A stretch of DNA of 64,000 bases from Fimbriosthenelais zetlandica (lineage: Eukaryota): positions 17,670,001 through 17,734,000 of the forward strand of contig OZ365113.1 of the NCBI GenBank assembly GCA_977030845.1, given 5' to 3'. The notes below the pieces were generated by a model, which saw only the letters and a program-made list of their open reading frames with translations, did no database searches and had not been told where the DNA came from. Positions 1 through 10,006 of this stretch are shown piece after piece. Each line of letters starts with the position of its first letter. The first letter of the stretch is position 1. A program made the position numbers and the translations under genes.

Positions 1-28
1 TAAAAAGTGATATTTATTTGCCTTGCAG

Positions 29-544
29 ACACTTCCTATGAACCCCAAGCCATTTCTGAATGGCCTCACAGGGAAACCGGTCATGGTAAAGTTAAAGTGG
101 GGGATGGAATACAAAGGATACCTCGTTTCAGTCGACACATACATGAATCTCCAGGTAACCATTACTCAGTCTCTTCTATGGTCCCAACTAGTTCTGCCAT
201 GTGGCTTAATCAGATTTTGAAACATGACACCCTGATATTCTATATACGTAGGCCTATAAATATGTGGAATTAAATTTACTTTTTTTGTTTTTTTTTTAGT
301 TGGCAAACACAGAAGAATATATTGACGGAGCAATGGTAGGAAACTTGGGAGAAGTCCTCATCAGGTATGGAAATAACCTCAGGATTCATGTTAATTAAAG
401 ATTTAAAATCAATTTATTAATTAATGAACCTGTGGCTATTTTGCGACTTCACCGTTTACTGTGTTTTTATATTTCAGATGCAACAATATTATGTACATTC
501 GAGGTGTGGAAGAAGAGGATGAGGAAGGAGAAATGAAAGAATAA
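29..544 (+). CDS. SNRPF: Small nuclear ribonucleoprotein F (Sm-F). Coding exons 29-154, 300-364, 478-544; the initiator Met exon lies upstream of the window
   Basis: Spliced translation [42 protein letters not shown]|[22 protein letters not shown]|[21 protein letters not shown] is near-identical to metazoan SmF; GT-AG introns with consistent phases. Confidence 0.97.
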
Positions 545-3370
545 AACCTTCGGGACTAATTTTATGACGCCTTCATATTCATCAGTCATCAAGTTCATAA
601 TCATCATTCGCTCTGTGTATCAAATTTTATCTGTCTGAGAGAAGATATAAATCTGGACTGCTTCCTCAATGAAAATAACTACATACGTTGTGAAATTTAA
701 GTTGCATAACGACACGGGGAATTGACGTCTAAAACATCTTTCTAAATTAGGAGTTTACTTGTTCGATTCGCTTTTTGACTGGTAAAAGAAATTGTTGTTT
801 TGGCAAAATCTTGTCCGCTATGTTAGTAGCAGTTTTGGCCACCGTGTTGTAGGTTTTAAGTATCATTCCTTTTGCATACATATTCCGAGAAAAATAAATT
901 GTCATATAACCAGTTATTCTAATATTGAGTCATTAGTTTTCATTGACAAATTATGCAAATAAGGAGAGATCCAAATGTAATTTATTTTCCATAATTTAAT
1001 AAAGCAAAGAACGTTCATCAGTAACAAATTACCAATTCGTCTCAAACCGGGAAGAATCCTTTTGAATATTCCTGACAAAAAGATACGGCAGAGGGAAATC
1101 GAGACCAACAAAATTAAACTTACAAGCACCTTTTAGCCTTATTTGGCTTTTGGGTTCATCCCTGTCCAACAAACTTACAAATATTCATTTAGTACCGTTC
1201 AAAAAACCAAACATTGTGTTTTGAGAGGGTTGAAGCAGAAATGTAATAAAAACTGAACGGATGACAATAAGCACGCAAACAGGAATAATGTGTCAAAAAT
1301 TGACCACTAAAAATTCAAAAAGCAAAATTGCCAAATTATATCGACCCTGCAAGGCTTTCTTTCGATGGCACAAATTCATTGCAAGAAAGAACATCAAAAA
1401 TATCAAATTACAAACATCACGTCCTAATACCTCGTATTCTTAATTCAAAATCTTAAATACTTAATTTGCGCATCAACAAAACTATGAATCAACTTAACAT
1501 TACTCAAGTCTAAAATCTGTCAAATGTGACAGAAAAACAGATGAACAGTTAAACAAGAAACAGGCAAGGTAACTTCACTTGCCAAAACATGGCTGCCAAG
1601 AATCAAAAAAATAATCTCAATTTAATTTTTTTTTAAAGACCGTTACGCATTTACTCTTTATTGGAGACAGATATGTCACCATACACTATTTCAAGGCATT
1701 CAATCATGAGTCATGATTTACAAAAATAAAATAGAAACAAAATAAGCATAGTAATTTCAGCAAACTGAGAAGCAATGAGAACAGGATTTCTAAACGCCAG
1801 ATTTATCCTCTCCGGTTATATTAATAGTCGGTTAATGCCTGGACTAAGCATGAACTCGGATCATTTTAGGATTATTATACAAAAGGCATATTGTATAATG
1901 GATCTAGAACTGTACAGCATGAGCTACAATATAAACTGATAAGGATGGATAATTTAGACAATACTTACTTCATACCCGGTATGAGCAAAGACAATTACTG
2001 TTGAACCAGTGTTTTCAAGGGTTTAACGCAAAAATAAGGACAAAGGGACAATGACATGGTAATATTTGGAATTTTTAACTGGATCAAAGAACCGATAATC
2101 CTTAAAATTGAATACTTGCAATGTTACAGGTATAGAAGTCACGGAGGACATGTACACCTACTAGAAGCAGTATTGGGATCATGGGATGCCCAAAGGCAGT
2201 GACATATTATTCAATTCAATAAATATTGGCACATTATTGTCATAGTTTCGAGAATGTACCAAATCGATTTGATCTAATCCGGTATTGAAATTTTCTCTGG
2301 TAATTACAATGTGTACAGGGACAAAACTCAACTGAAGTCAATAAATGTACAATTATGTGTTATGCCGATCCTTCTTGGAAAGGTGGCCACCAACGTTGCA
2401 AAAGGTTAATCCTTTCAAGAGTAATAGCATATAGGGTAACCTCCATGAAGTAACGTGCCGAAATTTCCTTATGCTCCTTAATTTCCTTATGCACCCCCCC
2501 CCCCCCCCCCCGCGAACCCAAGAACAACCACCACCAAAACAGTCTCAGAATAAATAACTCAAACATTCGGTCAGACATAGTACTGTTTGTTTCATACATG
2601 ACCAGAATTTAGGTTGAAGTTTAACCTCCATTTTAAAACAGATCCTGCTAAGTACATATAGATAAATGCATACAATTTTTGTTTCTTAATTGATCCCCCG
2701 ACCAAAACAATAACAAAATATTTAAAAAATATGAAAACAAAAATACATACTTGTGAAAACAAGTAGGGATTAACATCAAAATACCTGGACAGGGACAGGC
2801 AAATCTCTGTGGGCCACCTTCAAGGTAAGGATCGACTAAGTACAGACACATCTCCAGATATAGCATCATAGCAACCGATCACACAGTTTTTACTGTACAA
2901 AGTCTTCATCTAAAGACTACAAGCTCCATGTAGGATTTCAGGGTAACCATCAAAGCCATTTCTACGAGGCATGGCCTGATCTAACATAAGCACGATATAC
3001 TCAATGAGTGTTTTTAACTCAATCTGATCATGTCAAGTTTTCATGTTAACATATTCACACAGCTATTACTATTGACATAATGTTCAGTTTAATGTAGCCA
3101 CCGAGTTCATTTGATTCACAAAGATTTATTTGGTGAATACACAGAATACTTGGTGAATATACAGTATTTACCAGTTTACTGATAATAATCTATCTTGGTA
3201 AAATCACAAGCAAGCAAGTGCTGCTCTGTAGTTTCACTGATGTATTTCAAGGTAACTCGAAATAACTCGATGTTTGTGCTCAGACCAGGGACATCTACAT
3301 GTACAATAAAACTATCAGTAATATCTTAGACAGCCCTCCGACCACATCGTCATGGACCCTAACCGCCAAA

Positions 3371-6300
3371 TTAGGCGGGGACGCTCAGCTTCAGAATGAA
3401 GCATGATATGGGTGACATTGTGGGGTTCAAGCCACATATAGCTTCTGCTTTGACATGGTCGGGAAGCGCTGGGATAAGGTCTATGACGGAGGAGACCCCC
3501 TCCAGATGGTCCACGTCTAAAACACAATAGACCGGGTAATCATGTCTTAAGTCTTCCTGGACAAAGGCAGATATAACTGCTTGGCAGTAAGGTCCATAAC
3601 TCATGATTTGTGTATCGACTGGCAGCAGGAATATAACAGTGCTGTACGCTTTGTTATTGGATGACCTGTGCTGATCCTGTAGCCGAGTACAAATCAAACA
3701 GGTAGTGGAGTCCATGGACTTCTCGCGCAAGATCATCTCTTTGGGTCTTATTCTGATTCTTGGTGCTTTGACCATCTGGCGATCCAGCCATCCCAAAAGA
3801 ACCTCTTTTTCGGTATTCGAGTTCCTCGCGTGCTCTTCTTTGCTGAGCTGGGCACGTTTGGGGTCCAGAAGTTGTTGCTCACAGTCTAGTTGATAAACAT
3901 GACACGGTTCACTTATAAAGCGGCGGATCTTATGGTTGGGGTCGATCAAATCGTTGAGCGTCACAGCTACAAACATGGTTTCAACTTCACTTAAGTAGTA
4001 ACCAGCACCACAGTCTATGCCACTGGTGTTTCGTTTATGACAAAAATAAACGCCTATGTTGTCCCTTAATTTAGTATAGACATTCTCTAAGAGGTCTGTG
4101 TCCATGTATTCAGCGTTAAAACGTACATTGTGGTTGTACTTATCGACATCTGACTGGGAGGGACTGATGATTATCCTTTCAAGGGACTGTGTGTTTGAAT
4201 CGCTGGAAGGAATAAAGACAAATATTAGGATATGATTGAATGGGTCCAATATGATTCAACACAAAAGAGAATTTGAACTAAGAGGACATACAAAATCACA
4301 ATATTATAAGAAATTTAATAACACTGACAGAGCAGTTATAAAGCGTCCGTGGACATATTTAGTGGATATATCGAGAAATAGTGCACATTAAAAAGAGAGC
4401 AAAGTCAGTCCAGTCATGGAAGATTTATCAGAAAGTGTAAAAGTATTATCTAATGTGATAAGCATACTGACAACTCTTTTCACTGAACAGAACTGCACAT
4501 ATTCATTTCATCTTAGAAACCATATACTCGTGAAGCATTAAGGCTGGGGGTACTATACTGGCTCATGAGAAAGAAGGCACTACCAAGAATATAATGTAAC
4601 CACGAGAAGAATCAACCCAAAAGATGAAATACAGAAGGGACATGCAGCACATGTAAGTACACACATGATCAACTAAAATAAAGTCTGATTCAGGGCATAA
4701 GTTATTTTTTAGATGTCCTATTACTATATTAATCTATGATGGGTTCCCCCCGCCCCCAATTTACTGTCCATAATGTCCCTTAATCCTACAACATGCTAAA
4801 TTCTAAATCAGCTTGATAACGTATTCAGTACAGTTACATTTGTAGAGTATTAGATTAAATGGGATATTATAAGCCCTCGAGGCCTATAAAGGTTTTTCTC
4901 ATACATACTGGACATACTGCGCCACGTCCTTGAGGAAGTAAATCATATGTTCTTTGCGGAAAATATTTTGGCTATGATCGGACCAAAAATATATTGCAGA
5001 CTCAGGGACGTTGTATTGTGAAGCGACGATCTGTCGTATACGGTCTTCAAGTTTATCCTTCAGATCTCGCTGCTCCATGATACACAGAAAAGTATCGGTC
5101 ACTGTAAAGCAAATACTGGTACTACTAACCCAATCACTGGCAGCTTGGTAATTTTCAATCAATAGTCTTTACCCAAAAGCTTAATAAATTATGCCCCTTT
5201 CTTCTAGTACTGAAAAATGAACATAAGAATTTAAAAGATATGGCATCAAAAGGGATTTTAAGAGCATGTTTTATCATGAGGATTTCGACCCACTTGGGGA
5301 TAATTCAAGACATCTTTATATGATGGGAGTTTGCATTAGTCAGCTAAAATAAAGGCAACCACACCACCTCGCATAGCATTAATGGGGAGGCTTGTTTGAT
5401 ACCATGCCCGTTTCTCTTAAATGCTCACAAACAGGGTTTATATTCAATACAGCACCGTGCCACATTTAAAAAGCAAGAGCAGACGAGGGAATTAAACCAT
5501 TAGAAAAATCATAAGAACTTGAAGTATACCTAACGTGCACAAGATTCACACAACAAATCACATGACATGCAGTGTAAGGTATTACATCATTCTCCCGTAC
5601 CGGTACTTACCTGGTTTCTCAGTATCTGACGGACCTTCTGGTGGAAGCTCTTCTTTCGTTCGCATTGAACTATCTGCAAGGGCAACGACTTTTAACTCAG
5701 TACCAGTAGAATTGTCCTTCTTGATTTTCTTTGGAGTGTCCGTTACAGTGGGACTTGTTTCTTCCTTAAATGAATCCTGCTTACTAATTTCGCTCTCTGT
5801 TTCAATTTCATAATCAGCTTCACTTTCAGAGCTCTCCTCTTTAGCTTTCCTCTTTTTTGAGGAGGAGGCTCTGGATTTGTTATTCCTCTTTCCAGATTTT
5901 GGCGTCTCACGTACGTCAGAGGCACTGTCCTCGTCTTCCATGTCTGACTCCGAATCAGAACTACTGTCATTATAGTTGAACTTAACACCTGAAAGTAAAT
6001 ATAAGTTTGTGTAACAGTCTGCGACATTAACCGGTAGCCCGAAGCCCGGGGCAACCAAATTCCCTGTTCGGGCAACCAAAACTCTAGTCCATAGCAAGCC
6101 CGACGGGCAAGTGCGTCGGGCTCCAGTGAAACAGAGGGGCTGTCATTGAACTTAAGGGGTTTTCCCTCTCCTCATGGCGAGGAGAGGAAAAACTGTTTTA
6201 AAACTGAACTTTTTCCTTGTCAATGCACTTTAAAGTTTATGTCTAAAATTCCAAAATTTTCCGGGGGGGCATGCCCCTGGAACCCCCTAGCAGGGCTGTA

Positions 6301-8836
6301 TTTAGGGGGGTTACAGAGGTTCTGTAACCCCCCTGCTGATCCAAAAGGTTATAACTGGAACTGGACTTGTTTGTCAAGAAGTCTATTTTAGTCTAAATAT
6401 TACATGGTGTCTTTTAGGCTTCACTGTGTTATTACCTGTCATTGTGTTCATTCTTTGACTTCTTTTAATTTGCAGTCATTTCCCCTTTGTCACTTTCAAT
6501 TTTCTGGCCCCTACATAACATGTTTCTGTTATTTCCACTAGCTAATCTAGTTTATCCCATTTGAAGCCGCGCAATGCTATCAAAAATAGTTCTTTGTTTT
6601 CCCAGACTCTCTGAAAACTTTGAAAACTTTAACACCTAGCGCTGCTTTGTTTCTTCAGACTATAATACATATTTGCCCATGCTGTAACCCCCCTTAAAAA
6701 TCCTGCATACAGCCCTGCCTAGGAATGATTCGCGCCTCCGGCCCTTGCAATCGAGTGCTTTTGGCGCTCAGACAAATGTTTCCTCACAGGCAATTATGAA
6801 TTAGAAACCTTGAAATTAATTTAGATTTTTTTTTCTGAAACTGGATAGTTTATTAACGTTAAAAGTAAACTTGTATTTATAATATTATGCCAGGACAAAA
6901 AATTATTTTCACTATAGGCCTATAGGGTTAGGACCCCAAAATTATCCCCCCCCCCCCCCCCCCCCCCCCCCATCAACAATTTCCTGGCGGAAACACTTAT
7001 GATAATTTAACAATATCTAATATTTTCAAAATAAGGCCTATCCACGATCTTCTAGCTTAAAATATGACTGATTCATTTATTTTCTGCGCCAAAATGTCCT
7101 AGATATAACTAAATTACACTTAAAATCTCAAGATTATCCGGGGGCATGCCTAGCAAAGCTTCAATCCTTTGGCTTTGCAAGTGCCTTTGGCACGAAGATG
7201 TGGCGCCTATGGTGCTATTTATAAACCTCACGGAAAATTGACTCCTCCAGGTTGGCAACACTGAAATAATCCTATTCAAAAGAATAATAAATTGATTTCA
7301 ATTACAGTTTTAATGTAATGTAATTTTTATGTCTACTCTGAAATACACTACCGAAAGCTACTTTTTTGTGACAGATTCGGGCAAGTATATTTTCGGAGGG
7401 GCAACCATTTTTAACTGAACAACTTGCCCGACGGGCAAGTGACAATCCCAACCTAGTTTCGCAGACTGGTGTAACGGTATAATCGCGGATGGTTGTTAAA
7501 ATTATTTTCTGTCTTTGTTCACAGGGATTTACACATCTAATACTGGTAAGTTACTCCACACATGCGGCTACTGTCAAAATCCTTGCTATTTTTTTCAGAT
7601 ATATACCGTACAATCTTTACCTTTTTCGCTATTCTCATACTTCCTTCTATGTTCATCACTGCAGAAAATTCTGAAATGGATACCATTGCATGGACTTAAT
7701 TATAATGTTAAGTAAAAATCACATAAGTATATATAGAAGCTTTTAGCCTAGACTATACCGGGTACTGATTACTGTATATTAACAAAATGTAAATGTACCG
7801 TACCTGTACTGAACGGCGGCTTTTCCAGTTTTGTTCATAACTTCTATACGACGACACTGCGTTGAGGAGTCGGTGCTTGCACAATAATAATGGTAGGTTT
7901 TTCGACATGTACCTATGGCACAGCCACACGAAGCTCCAGTAGGCCTACCTGGACAGCCGCTTTTTGTCTTTGATTTCTTTCGACTTTTGCAAAGGGAACA
8001 TGACTGAAAGGAACAGAGAGGCAGTTTCAAGATTACGGCATCATGCACATTCCTCCAAGTACATGACTTGGAATTGTTGAGGATATGTAGCCTATTATTT
8101 ACTTCTAAATGAATTGAGTTAATTAATTATATGATATTACTTGATATCTAACGGTTACTTCACCACAATTGAATTAAGGAAGTCCACTTACCAAGTTCCG
8201 CCCTCGCTTGATTTCCTCCATCACCTTATGCTTTTTAAAGCCGCCAAATGTCTTTGCTCTATATTGTACTAGGAGCGCTGAGTATTGCTGAAAAGAGAAA
8301 AGCATTGGCGTATTAAATATGGGATAAAACTACATACCGGTATTCTAATAATCTTGAGACTTGAGAACGGTACCGGGAGGCCTAGATCTACTGAATATTA
8401 TTATTTAAATTATTCATTCAAATACGATGAATTATGAAGTGGGGACCAAAGGCCAGGCCCTTGATCTAATAAAAAAAAAATAGAAAATAATTTAGGCTAT
8501 AGCTGGATACCAATATTGAATTTATTGTCTGCCTATATTAAAAATAGATAGTCTAGGCCTATATCACTTGACATATTATTTGTAGACACTAGTTTTATAT
8601 CGCATCTATTCACTATTGACATTATTGTCAGTCAATATTGATTTTAATGATAACAAATGAACTCACTGCTTAGGCTTTGCCAGCAGACGTCTAATCTTTG
8701 TGTAACTTACCATACACTTTTTGTGAGCGTTGCAGACATCTGATGTATACAGGGGCCCACAAACATCTTCAACTTCTTCCCCAAGGCGGCAAAACCCGCA
8801 AACAAGTTTAGCCTTAGATTTTGCTGCAACCTCCAT
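3371..8836 (-). CDS. PHF6/PHF11-like extended-PHD (ePHD) zinc-finger protein, about 621 aa. Exons 8836-8711, 8287-8192, 8003-7804, 7670-7621, 5988-5611, 5101-4918 (or 4909), 4202-3371
   Basis: CGFC...AHKKCM|QYSALL...FGGFKKHKVMEEIKRGRNL|SCSLC...GASCGCAIGTCRKTYHYYCA...|IFCSDEH matches the PHF6-type ePHD pattern. It is followed by an acidic/basic linker and an unrecognised C-terminal region. All junctions are GT-AG and phase-compatible (sum 1866 nt). Confidence 0.82.
6291..6717. mobile_element. Non-autonomous MITE-like DNA element (427 bp) nested in an older repeat
   Basis: Terminal inverted repeats CAGGGCTGTAT (6291-6301) / ATACAGCCCTG (6707-6717); subterminal GGGGGGTTACAG / CTGTAACCCCCC; direct repeat CCTAG at 6286-6290 and 6718-6722. 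Confidence 0.7.
6946..6971. repeat. Poly-C tract (26 nt)
   Basis: Direct reading; another C18 run at 2494-2511. Confidence 0.95.
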
Positions 8837-8906
8837 CTTCGACTTCAAGTGCTCTAGACCTAGTCCTAGTTGCCAGACTTGGCTTCAGCCAGTTTAGGAC
8901 ACCAGA

Positions 8907-9575
8907 ACTGTAACAACACAAGATCATTCAATTTGGCGGTGATTTTACAGCTGCATCCAATTACGCGGGAAGTTGAGACTGAATCATGTCTGGGAGACTT
9001 GCCCAGTCAATCACGGGGCGGATAACTCAGCGCGTTTGTTTACATCGATTCTAAAGTAATACAACTATATCACAACTTAGGTCGATAGTTGAAATACCCA
9101 TCTATAATTGGGAGTAAAAATAACTCTTAAAATCACGTACCTGTTGCGACAAATAATACAAATATCTTCATTGATCAGACGCCTCTAGATATCGTACGCG
9201 GAAATTTGAATTGCATTTAGGTCTCACTACGTAAAATTTAAATATAATATAGGTGCTATATTTAAGAGTATGTATAATCGAACATTTTTCGTCAGATTTC
9301 AAGCGAAAATAGTTTAACTAGTCTATTTCTTTTAATTTATGACCACATAAACGTCTATTAATCTCGTCCTATTAAATTTCGATTACATAAAAAACTGCAG
9401 AGCGGAGGGAGCCCTATCTTTGCTTAAAGTTCAATGTCAAGGTCGTTTACATGTCGGAAATTGTACGATGCTGCGACAAGTGACGATTCCTGGAACTATA
9501 TTACGCAGTTGCGACAGAATTCTACATCCGGAATTGTCAATTATCGCCCAGTCGGTAAAACCGAAGTCGCACTCG
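8907..9575. promoter_or_regulatory. Probable bidirectional promoter/5'UTR region between the PHF6-like gene (-) and DALRD3 (+)
   Basis: Minus-strand non-coding exon donor CAG|GTACGT at 9141/9140 and acceptor TTACAG| at 8908/8907; DALRD3 ATG at 9576 (or 9468) on the plus strand; divergent orientation with under 450 bp between donor and ATG. Confidence 0.5.
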
Positions 9576-9971
9576 ATGGATTTCTCAAAAGAAATTAGCA
9601 GTTTTTTGCAATTGAGCGTATCACAGACATTGAATCTACCAATTGAAAGTGTCAAAGTTCTGAAGAGGAACAGGAATCTGAAGGAAGGTGATTTTTTCCT
9701 CCCAAGAATAGGCCCCCTGTACCGTCAATATCATCATCCAGCTGCACCATCATGTCCATGTCCATGCGAATGTCAAAATGGATCGGTTCCGTGTGAAAGA
9801 TGTTGCAGCGCATGCAAGAGTGTCCAAAGGAATCTTGATGAAAAGGTAACATTAGGCATTTCGTTAACAATTAGTCTCTATAGACACAGTCAATATGACA
9901 GGATTTTTGTAAAGGTGGTGGGGGTGATTATTACTAGAATAATTTAATAAAGTGAGTAGGGGAAGGGAGGG

Positions 9972-10006
<35 letters not shown>

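Larger units (their letters stand above)
6045..7445. repeat. Cluster of short interspersed repeat remnants in the PHF6-like intron
   Basis: GCCCGACGGGCAAGTG at 6098-6113 and 7426-7441 (hairpin ACTTGCCC-gac-GGGCAAGT 7422-7440); GGGCAACCA repeated; CCGGGGG(GG)CATGCC at about 6261 and 7138. Confidence 0.5.

Noticed and set aside
6435-6610. Possible extra minus-strand exon of the PHF6-like gene (donor-like CAG|GTAATA)
   Set aside because: The candidate acceptors I tested give in-frame stops, and the flanking exons already join in phase
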